Below, in pieces: positions 53,096 to 64,000 of a DNA stretch of 64,000 nt. The position numbers were made by a program, and so were the translations under genes. This DNA comes from Rhina ancylostomus. Its lineage: Eukaryota. The notes beneath the pieces are model-generated. The model searched no databases. It saw only the letters and a list, made by a program, of their open reading frames with translations, and was not told the origin of the DNA. The stretch is from the NCBI GenBank assembly GCA_030265395.1, contig JARFYF010000059.1, forward strand, positions 20,418,419-20,482,418. Reading direction: 5' to 3'. Each line of letters begins with the position of its first letter. The stretch's first letter is position 1.

Positions 53096-56000
53096 TGCCA
53101 GCACTGCCTTAAACTATTAATAAGTAACATGTTAAAAAGTCCCTCTAATTTCTCTTGTTTTCTTTATATACCGACATGATCATTACATTCACAGAAAGGT
53201 CCAACCAAACTGTCAGTAACTCACATCAAAGAATTCAATTGCTTGCGAAGGAACCCTGACTGGGAAAGCAACCTCACCTCCCACCCTTCTGTGGCTCACT
53301 GAACAGGAATAGAAAAAAATTGAAAGAAAACTTCAAAACAAAACCAAATGGAATTTTGGAGTAACATTGTAGANNNNNNNNNNNNNNNNNNNNNNNNNNN
53401 NNNNNNNNNNNNNNNNNNNNNNNNNNNNNNNNNNNNNNNNNNNNNNNNNNNNNNNNNNNNNNNNNNNNNNNNNNNNNNNNNNNNNNNNNNNNNNNNNNNN
53501 NNTTTAAAAAAGGTACAAAAACTGGTCAATGAAAGTTTATTAATGTGTTGAGATTGTTGCCAAAACATGGGAAGCAGATCCGGGGAAACTGGTACACTGC
53601 TGTTTACTTTTTTGCTCGTTTCTCATAAGAACACAACAGGCAAACTTGCTTCTTTCATGCACTCTTTACATAAATTATAATGTCTGGGCTGGTTTCACTG
53701 AATAAAAAAAATATGATCCTCTTACTCCAACATAGGCCTCAAAAACAATTTGGTTCCTCAAGCAGAATGGCTAAGAAAAGAGTAAATGAAAAGAGAAACA
53801 AAACACCCAGATTAAGATATTACTTTACAGTTGAATTTTAGGCTAGTCTGCTTTGCAGCACAATGTGCCTATTTATAAATGCTCCTGAAAAAAATGACCT
53901 GAAGACCTGCAGTAACTTTTGTCTGTCACAATGCTGTTCTACCTGAAATTAATGATAGAAGGATGGAACAGTAAACGCTGCACTAATTAGAAAGGTGCTG
54001 CGTCACAAATTGAACAGAAACACGTGAAGGGAAACTGCAGCTTGATGGCTGGCCAAGGTTAATGGAAAAAGTTATGGTCACAGAAGATATGGCACTATGT
54101 AATTTTGCCACAGAAGTATTCTTTCCTGCTTTTTCATTACTGAAGTGAAACCTTTTAACATTCTGCTCAAGTTACTTGCTTTCATGATATTTTTTCTGCC
54201 TTAATAAGAAGGCCACATCAACTGTACGGCAAATACAGAGTAACCTCCCATATGTAAAGAAAATCAATTTTAGCTTTATTTTAGTTTCTGATACTGGAAC
54301 TAGCATTCACCTGCTGTGCTCAGGGTGTGCTCTCCTCTGTCAGCCAACAGTTCAGTTCCCCCGTGTTATCCCAATGTGTGTTAGATGTTCTTGTATTGAT
54401 GGAAGAGTATCCTTTCCTCTACTTGCCATATTCTACAGAAGCTGTTTCTTGGGAGTAACCTGCCAGTCTATGGGAAACTGAAGCTACAGGACAGCAAGCT
54501 TTTGCACCACGGCACCATCCTCCCTTTTCTTCCTTGATTCTTACCTAGTTACTCAATTCCAAGGGGTTTCAATCACCTTTTGGTACTTATGAGAGTAAGT
54601 TACCTAATGTTGCAGAATAGGGGTACATATATCAAACCATTCTTACCTAGCAATGTGACTAGGAACAGAAACTTTGGGTAATTTTTATTCTAGCAAGAGG
54701 TATTCGGGTCAACTGTTTTCTCCAGACTGGCTGAGATGATCTAATTTGTCACAAACTAGTGTGATTCAACTGCTTACTGCACCTGCTTTATTAGTCAGAC
54801 TCGGTTTCCACAAGAACCCACTTTGCCACAGCACAAACCCATCCAAGGTTTGGTTAAAAAGAGAAAAACACACTAAACAGACTCATTACTCAAGTACAGT
54901 AAGACAGTCAATTGTTAGAGCTATCCTGGCACTGCCCTTCATACACATTGGAAGAACTTTGGCACATAATCTTGGTAGGAACAGAATGGACACTTACACC
55001 AGTGTTCACTTGACAGAATCAATGTGCTCACTCGTGCCACATTTACCTCAGTGGGAAAGAATCTGTACTTTAGATCAACATTTGCAGCATTTTATAAATT
55101 GCAACTTATTTTCCAAATTGATAAACTGTGAAATGGAGTCAATACTGTCAGAGTGCCTTTTATTTATTTGTTTGGTTGCATGCACTGCATTTAATATAAT
55201 TTCGCGTGAGACCATATACTCTTTCATTTTCTAAATGTCACATTTAATAATATAACAGGAATTGGATTAATCCAGCTCACTAAGCAAAGGCAGTATTTGT
55301 ACCATTCAACAGTCCAGTTCCGCAAGAAAGACAAAACTGACGTTGAGTGTTGCAAATTACATCACATCTGCAAATTACATCACATCATCCCAACGCAATT
55401 CGCTTCATCTGATGTCTGTAACTACCACTACGTAGCTGTTAACTCTCACCATATAGGAATGCATTTCTGAGCAATAAAATTTCTATAGCCCATTGTTTTC
55501 CACCAATGAATGATAACATTTTCACAGTAAATTCTATAAGCAGAATGATATATAAACCAGCGTGGATTACAAACATGAACTGTTTTAATCTTAGGTCGCG
55601 GGTGCATTCTTCAATGGACAACATAGCACTATTTTGTGCAATGAATTGTACAGCTTTTACAGTGTTCCTCATTCCCTTTGCTCCTCCAGAGTGGGCTTCA
55701 CTTTGATTGCCTTGGGTAAAAGCTGCAAAATTCCATCTCTAAATCTCCCTGGCTCCTCCTCCTCCATAACCCAGCTCTTTCACCAAGCTCTCACATGTGC
55801 AAAGTTCCCTACAGTATTTCACAACACTGAAAGAACGACATAAGAGGTGGAAGATGATAGACTGAAAAGAAAAGATGCAACACCTAAAGTTATGAGGAAC
55901 ACTATCTAATATTCTGCAAAGTTACACCAGCTACGCTAAAAAAAATTTAGTTCTCAACTAAAGTTAGAAGTCATATATTAACTATGAATAAGAGAAATCT

Positions 56001-58789
56001 GACAGGGTGCAACTAACATCATTAAAGGGCGTCAATTTCTTTATCGCATATCAGCTTGTAAATAAAGCCCAAGATGGGATGGCAAAAGAGCTCAAAGTTT
56101 CAGGAACCAAAGTGTCAATCTGAAATCAGGTCCCCTGCAAAAACTTGCAAAACAGACTAAGGTCCAATTTGAAATGACTTTAGGGTGGTTTAGACCCAGA
56201 AATAAGTGGCAAAACATGACCTGCGCAATTCCTGACAGGTCCTCAGCCAACTTAGCCCAACTCCAACACTGTGCTGCACTGCAACCAGAGAAGGTGTCAG
56301 ACTGTACAGGCAAAGAGGAAAGCCCTGTGCATGGGGGCCAGCAGACTAGCAGGCCCACTTTATGGAGGGCTTAGCTGGAGGTAGCTATTGTTTCCACACA
56401 CAATGAGGAAATGATCAAATAATTTGACAAAACACATCCCATGAGCTACAGAGACCAAGAACAGATGGAACAAATCATTTCCATAATTTGATCAAAGGTT
56501 CATTTATTGGTGCATCTGCAAAGTAGATGCGAGGGTTTAAGTGTTATCTGGGCTACCCACCAGACTATTGGTGTCATAGGATGCAAGTGACCATTCGTGT
56601 GTCGAGAGGGTCACTAAGTTTGCTTTGGAGGATTGTGATTTTGGAGGCTCTTTAGTAGTGTCTTTCTCTCAAATGAGTCCCTTGGCCCATGCTGACAATG
56701 CCTGTCTTCTCTCCTCAGCTGGGAAAGGAGATTGTGGACACTGAGCAGGGCCACCCCCATGGTACCTGCTGCCTTCCTCCCAGACCTCTGCTTCTGCTGC
56801 TCTTCCAGCTCGGTTTCTTGACCTTCAGGCACTGTATCTCCATCCTATTCTTCCTCTGGACTAACTGCTGTCTTTGTTTTGCTAGACTCTTCCAAGACAG
56901 GCACGTCTTTGCTATCTGCCCCACACAGAATGGCTGGACGTGGGCATAACCTTCAATAAGGGAGGGCTGCCAGCGATATCACTATAAAGGAACCTATGGA
57001 ATATCTCTTGGCAGCTAAATGCTGCAAAAGTACTCCCTTGTTGGTTTGAGCATACTCTGTGGACTGCAAGGTGTTTGAGTAGCGTGCAGTCATTTCTAAA
57101 GGAGTCTGTCTGGTCAGGCAAGTGTCCCTTTAAATAGCTGAAAAGCAACAAACTAGCACAGTGTGTTCCTCGTTCTTCTGAGACTGTTCCACAGCAGTTG
57201 TAACATGGAGCTTTCTGCTCCAGTTTATGTCGGTTCAAGCAGAAATGGGTATTAGGCCAATAATGATGTCAGAAAAACATCAGAAGCACAAGAAAGTGGG
57301 TCTGCTGCAATTCTGCATTTGGTAAGATTTCACCCAGAAATGATCTCCAGCATGACCAACACCAGGTAGTGTCAAAATTGGACTGTGCGGTTTCTTAAAA
57401 ACAGACGGCATATTCTGATTTCCAGGTTACATTCATAATAAAACCTAGGGGAAAATTATTCAATGTGATATTACTGAACTAACCCCCATCCAATGCTATC
57501 GACTGTTCAATACATCTGTGTGTATTTTTGTCTGCATGTGTCTGTTGATGGTAGGGAGAAAATGTGATGCCCCAGGGATGAATTGCCTGACTCCATTTTG
57601 CCCAGGATCACGCATGAATAATGAATATCTATGCCGATAAATCTGTCTTCTACAAGGGGGTGGGAGAAAACCAGAGGAATGGATGGAAAAAAAAAGGGGA
57701 AAACTTTGAACAAAGCTTCATGAAGACTGCAGTTAATTTTATTTGAAAAGACGGCACCAGCTGTATATAGCATTAGCCTACAATCCAAGCAGATCGCTAC
57801 GTCCCATCAGGAAAAATGATTTCCCTGTCTGTGAGCAGCAGTGGCAAAAAAAAGAGAAAGGTGGGAGGAGACAAGGGAAGACAGATTGTCTTTTCTATGG
57901 GAAGTGACTGATTCATTGCCTGGGGTGTGCTGAGCACACTGCAGGATGACTGAACATTCACATGTCATGTCTGCACAAACCCACTATTAATAGTGTCCAA
58001 TTAAGGATTTGAAATTAGTGTTGTCTGCACCTATCTGCTCTCATGTTAAAGAAATTAAGATATTTTTTTAAAAAATGCACAAAATTCCATCTTCTTTTGG
58101 GTAAAAATGTTATGTCCCATTTTGTAATTCTGCTTCTGAATTCACAACTTGTTAAAAATAGTTTCAATCATTCTATAAAACCGTAATCTGTTCATCCACA
58201 CAACTGGAGCAGTGATAAAGCGAAGGGATCCTGAGTGAATTATAGTTTTTTGTGTGGTGCAAGACCTGTGGAGACTGATGACACAAGTGGTTGGAGGAGG
58301 TAAACATCAGTCACTACCGCACTGAAAAAGGAGTGCCTTAACCTGTGCACTTGGAAGTGCACTCTGGTTTTAGTTCTACATCACCCACTGTTGAAAAGAT
58401 ACTTGATCATCACCTCATCAAGGGCTATAGTAAATGTCTGTCATTTTTCTCTTTGGTCATTGGCTGCTGGCGCAAAGACAGGATGCAAGAGTGAAAGGAA
58501 AAGCAAAAAGTTTTTAAAAATTTGATTATATTTCACACCTTTTGCAGATTGACACATATTGTATTGGCTCAATAGTAAATAAATTCATTATAGTGATAAT
58601 GAAGCATATTTTCTAATTTCAAAAAGAAAGCCATTAAGTTAACTGACACATCAGTGAGTTAGAAAAGGAGTTACACAGAGTGATCTAGAAGTGGCATTAA
58701 TTATAAGTTAATTCAATATCTCCATTCTCATTGAGTGTAACAATATTTTATTTCAATTTCCACTTTGGTAATAAAGGGTTGAAATAGCC

Positions 58790-59060
58790 CACTATACCAT
58801 TCAGTAACAGAACTGATCCTCTACTTCAAGCCCCCTTCCATATGATCCTCATAACCCTATTCTATTGGTGTCCAAAAATCTATCAAATTTGCCTTCAATG
58901 TGATCAATGACTGCGCATCTGCAGATCTCTAGAGGTAGACAATGCCAAAAGTTTACAACTCTTTGAATACAGAAACTTCTTGTCAAATCAGTCCTGAATG
59001 CCAACTCTTTGTCCTGACACCATTTCCAAGGCTCTGATCTGTCCAGCCTGACAAAACAGC
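58790..59060 (-). mobile_element. Highly decayed CR1 3' fragment
   Basis: ccaaaaatctatcaaattt gccttcaatgtgatcaatgactg...tctagaggtagacaatgccaaaagtttacaactct. Confidence 0.55.
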
Positions 59061-60061
59061 CAGGGGACCATCCAGCACCTGGACATCCCTTGTTGTCTTG
59101 AGTGTGTTAACAGCCCATAGTGAACAAGATAGTTGTTCACACAACTCCCAGAGGAAAAAAAAATCAGTGTTCAACTACAGAAGCTGCTTTAACCTGGTAG
59201 ACCTCGCCCAGAATCTCCTCCCTCTGCAGGCAATATTCCTTGACCCCCTATCCAGGTCCCTCTGAGGAGAACTCTCCTGCAACCCTCCCAACACTGCATC
59301 CATTCATTCAGTAGCAAGCCTCCCTTTTAGTTAGTCCCTTTAAGTGGCATGTCCCTTTAAGAGCTGGTTACAACAATCACACCTATTGGCAAATATACTA
59401 AGGACTGTGAGAACTTGCAACACATCAACAAGGAACTCTGGGCTGAAGCAGACAATATCATTTTCAGTGCGGCATTACCAGGATGAGATTGAGATAAACT
59501 TCCCATCAGTACACTTGTTTCACAAACCCCTCTCTCCACTCATACTGAATGCTTCAACTACTTTCTTACCAGTATAGTACCAAACCAGTCTGTATCAGCT
59601 ATCCATCACCTTTTGGTAACCCAGCCATTCTATTCTATGAATTATACAAATGAAGATCTTGTTCTTCATGGGACTTCTAGATACAGAGATAGGGTGACTA
59701 GCGATGTTGGTTTAGTAACAAAGTTAATGTTATGGAGCAATATCTAGGCCTGTGTGTAGAGTACTGCATTCCCTTTCAGGATGAAATAGGATAGACCACC
59801 TAAAGTCATTTAAAGTCATTTAAAGCAAGGGCTTTAAAACAATACAGAAGCTTTCATTTATTTCAAATTCAAACTTAAAACTTGCTTTAGTGAGATAAGA
59901 GTATGATGCTTGTCTACCATCATAATAACAAGGTTACTATAACTATTGTCCTAAATTTCATAGAATATCCAAAGGCAAATCTCTGCACTCAAGATATAAT
60001 AGTATGGGTGATCTTTTAGGAATTAGAAATTATATGTAGGTTTCCCTCAAATGCAAATGCA

Positions 60062-60276
60062 GGACATTCTCTCTTCTCTCCTCTTCCATCCGGTAGAAGA
60101 TTCAGGAGCCTGAAGACACGTACCACCAGACTTAAGGACAGCTTCTACCCCATTGTGATAAGACTATTGAACGGTTCCCTTAAACGATGAGATGGACTAC
60201 GACCTCACGATCTACCTTGTTGTGACCTTGCACCTTATTGCACTGCACTTTCTCTGTAGCTGTGACACTTTACTCT
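60062..60276 (+). mobile_element. Rex1/Babar-clade LINE 3' end
   Basis: Frame from 60062 reads GHSLFSPLPSGRRFRSLKTRTTRLKDSFYPIVIRLLNGSLKR*, the characteristic LPSGRR.R...T.R..SF.P C-terminus of Rex1/Babar RT. A 3' UTR then runs into an N gap. Confidence 0.85.
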
Positions 60277-61124
60277 NNNNNNNNNNNNNNNNNNNNNNNN
60301 NNNNNNNNNNNNNNNNNNNNNNNNNNNNNNNNNNNNNNNNNNNNNNNNNNNNNNNNNNNNNNNNNNNNNNNNNNNNACAGTAGAATCCCAGTTCTGTGAA
60401 TTTGCCTTAATGTTCTTGCATTTTAATCTAGGGCCGTTGACTGCAATCAGGTAACATTCCCATAAACAGCTATCTTCAAAATACACATCAACTTATCTGA
60501 TGGAATGGTAGGTGAACTGCTTCTACAGGTGGTCTGCTAATAGAGCTGAACTGCCTCCAGGAGTGGCACACTTCACTCACAACCCAAAAGTAGGATCAGG
60601 GCAAGAACATGGCTGTGCAGAAAATGCCGAGCGTTGGTACATCCTTTTGCTGGGTCACCATAATTTCTGTCTACCTCTTCCTCATGGAACGTTGTTATCT
60701 GGTGTTTAAAGCCAGGTTGCAGTTCCTTTAACAATGCTCAGGAAACTTTTCCACAAAAATCAGAGAGACAAGAACCCTCTCTGAACAGGGAACTGAAGAT
60801 CAAATGTTATGCTGCAGGAGAAGGTTTAGACCAGCATAAACACAGGAGATGGGTGTACAGTGGGCTGACTGATACGTTGTCCCTGGACCATCTATAAAGT
60901 AAAAGTGTCCTAATAGTCCCAGAACAATTTCATATTGCACTTTCCTTCATCCAGCTAATAAAATTAATCATCTATCTCTAAATTAGTAGCCCAAAGACAT
61001 GCCGACTCATTTACCCCCAGAGACATGACATACTACAACATCCTGACCCACATTCATAGATGCACAGTCATTCTTACACAGGTTCCCTGGCGTGGTAAAA
61101 TAACATACCAAAGTTTAAAAAAAA

Positions 61125-61292
61125 ATCAAAGAAATGCAGCTGCTGAAAATCTGAAATAAAAACAGAAAATGCTGGAAATACTCAGCAGGTCAGACAGCAT
61201 ATGTAGACATGAAACAGTAATTCCTACTCTGTTTCTCTATCAACAGATGCTACCCAAGCTGCTGACCATTTCCAGCTTTTTACTCTTATTAT
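61125..61292. mobile_element. Palindromic Penelope-type element (centre deleted)
   Basis: aatgcagctgctgaaaatctgaaataaaaacagaaaatgctggaaatactcagcaggtcagacagcat...ctctgtttctctatcaacagatgctacccaagctgctgaccatttccagc. Confidence 0.65.
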
Positions 61293-64000
61293 TACTAAAC
61301 ACCTAAGACTTGGTGGCATTAAACAGTACTCTTATGTTAGTTATAGCATTACAGCAGAAATGGCCATGCATTAAGCAATTTGTCACATTGGCCTTCATCA
61401 CACATGAAAACCATAAATGTAGTGAATGCCAAGAAGGTTTAGAAGAAAGCAACTTAAATATCAGAGTCAGAGGCTCCTCCAATAGCCAAATGATTTACCC
61501 AACCAGAGTCAAAATCTCAGCTCCCAATGTGGATTCTTTGAGGTAAAGTTCCTGCTTAATCCCACCCATCATTGGTTAAAATCTTTCATGATGCCCAATG
61601 GGCTTCACTAGGAAAACCGTCACTGTAGATAGCAGGAATCACTTGCACTGACAGGAAACCAAGGGCAGAGCCAATGCAATAGTGCCCAAAACATCGATCC
61701 CATCGAAAGACAGGTTGGGGTTTGACCAGACTCAGATTCATCCTGACCACCACTGTGATTGTTGAAGCCTCAGGCATATTGATTCTATATTGTCCTCACC
61801 TTGATGGGGTGCTGAGCTGGGTCAGACCAAACCAATCCAAATCCAAATGCTTTGTCAGATTGTATACCTGACCTAGCCCAGCCTGGATCGACACACATAG
61901 GCGGGTTCGATTGGTCTCAGGCTGGACCATCAGGCTTCACTTTGGCAAGTTTAGGACCATCAGCAGGCTTGTGTTAGGATGGAATTCAAGGAGCTGCCAC
62001 TCAGTTGTGTCAGGTCCTATTCGATGTTGTTTCTTCCTAGGACTGGACAGAAGACAAACCTTCTGGTGGCTGAAAGAAAGAAGCCAGCAACAGATTCTCA
62101 CTGCAACTTGGGAAGAGGAATCAAGGCCTCACTGCCTGCACACCTTTCATTGTACACTCACTCGTGGGTGGTACGGCTTGCATCTATTGCCCACCTCTAA
62201 TTGACCTTGAGCTATAGACTATCCCCCTATCCTGGTGGGAGCATCTTGCTTCCAAACATTAAATAGTGAACAATGCTTGTAAGTGCCCTTGGATATCAAT
62301 TAATAACAAATTCAGAGAACCTTACGATGGAACAACCTGATTTTATTCACTCACAACATTCAATTATAGAATGATGAGTGTAGAAGGCATGTGGTCCCAC
62401 ACTCCAGCAAATATACCTGCTATGGCCATGAGAGGAAGAAATGAAAAGCCAGCAGGGAACAGAAAAATGGTTGGAGAACAAAAAAAAGATGACATGTAGA
62501 GTATGTCATTTTTTTTGTTGATTCACATCTTACAGAACATTCTATATAAAACTCAGGGACACCTTGTGAAAGAATCCTAACCACAGTCTAATTGCTGGGC
62601 GAGTGCAAAACATTGTTCTTTAATACTAAGTACATTGTCAGTACTTTCAAGGGCAATGATTGCGTCAGTGCAGTGGAAGGATCGTCAGCCACGAGCATTT
62701 TTGCTTCCCAGAAGCAGCTGGAGTAGACTCTCTTGTTGGTCAGCCTGTGCTGACTACTCTATATTTCAAAGATTGTTAGCTTGTCTACCTAATACATTAT
62801 AGATGTCTATGAGTCTTCCACTAATTCTTCAATTAAATAAAAATTTCATGAAATTGTTTCTGTAGCAAAATAATTCCTGCCTTTCTGTAGGGCCTTTATC
62901 AGAGCAAACCATCTTAATGTGCCTTCCATTATGAATTATTTCTGGCATGCAGGCCTAAGGTGGTGCCTTCAATATAAATGACAAACCACAATTTCAGACA
63001 GAATTTTTCACTACCATCCAACCCAGGCACAATCAAATGGACCCTACACCATGACTACGAATGCATCCTGAAATGTTTGGCAAGGAGTTTATCCCAGACT
63101 ACTGTTGAGTGGCTCCGCAATGAACAGGAGAAAAACAGAAAGATTTGTGGCTCCTGAAAAAGAATTAATTTGTTCTCCTCAAGATGAGATTGAAACTGCA
63201 TGAGCAATATCCTGCATTCACCAAATTCACTGCTGCAAGATGAGGGAGAAGATGTATATAAATGGCATTGCATTTGGTATTTTATTTTTCACACCTACCT
63301 TACCTATAACTTTGTTCAGTGAGAAACAGTTTCAGCTGTCCTGCTGTTTCTGATATACCTAACTGGAGAACCTCTGATCAGCCTAACCTTAACCTGATTT
63401 GATTTAAAAAAAACACACAGCTCCAGCTCCAAAGGTAAAGTAAAACTTTGGAAATAAAAATGAAATAGGTGACCTTTATTTTAAAGAAACAAGTAACAGG
63501 CACAAGTAACATTGAAATTTATCAATGTACCATTTTACTTGAATGCAGGTTTCTCATAGCTCTTATTGAAAGCATTTTTTAAACTGACTTGTCAGATCTG
63601 TGCACTGCTCAGTTAATTCAACCACAGTGAATTTATGCGTAACGCATGTCAGAATTACAGTCACTGCGGGGTGATATTACAATTAGCAGGCTGGGGTCAG
63701 ACACCTATTAACTTACATGAAAAAAAGTCTGAAACGGGTGGTGTAATTAAATTCCCTCCAGCGTTCTTGATGGATTATATCTGTGCATTTCCTTACATTT
63801 AGTTTGCCAAATCAAATGGAAATAAAGAGAGACTAAATTCAACTAAATGGTCGTCTGCAGTACAATTCATTTGAACATCAGAACTATTAAGATTTCTCAA
63901 AACAACTGTAGCTATTGGATTATTTTCACATTATGAGACATCAATAGGGTTTTCTACCAAACAACTGAGAGAAAAAATTATTTTCAGTGACATTATTCAA

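Larger units (their letters stand above)
25214..64000 (-). other. SKI: SKI intron 1 (partial, >38 kb); exon 1 is outside the window
   Basis: No DHD/SAND-coding exon is recognisable in any ORF. Vertebrate SKI has a large first intron. The region is repeat-rich. Confidence 0.75.

Noticed and set aside
54746-55234. 162-aa plus-strand ORF in intron 1
   Set aside because: Starts at TTG, has no recognisable homology, and its length is compatible with chance in 64 kb.
55350-55388. 18-bp tandem duplication tgcaaattacatcacatc x2 (similarly taaagtcatt x2 at 59801)
   Set aside because: Ordinary slippage duplications; no array or spacer structure, so not CRISPR-like.

Overview
Vertebrate nuclear DNA; the repeat content (HE1/V-SINE-like, SacSINE1/DeuSINE-like, CR1/HER1-like, Rex1/Babar and Penelope-type elements) points to a cartilaginous fish (shark or ray). 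The window holds the 3' part of the SKI proto-oncogene on the minus strand. Six coding exons equivalent to human exons 2-7 have canonical GT-AG sites and compatible phases (1242 nt = 413 codons + TAA; part of exon 5 is an N gap). A ~4.4 kb AU-rich 3' UTR ends near 9.27 kb, and >38 kb of intron 1 runs to the window end; exon 1 (DHD/SAND domains) lies outside. The rest is intronic or intergenic, with decayed retroelements and several candidate conserved non-coding elements. The most notable observation is a family of short, often palindromic, Penelope-type elements carrying degenerate minimal hammerhead-ribozyme cores (CUGANGA...GAAAC), one of them interrupted by a CR1 insertion. Most ORFs in the supplied track are spurious. 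I found no convincing new multi-gene system. All family assignments come from motif recognition, not database searches, and repeat boundaries are approximate.
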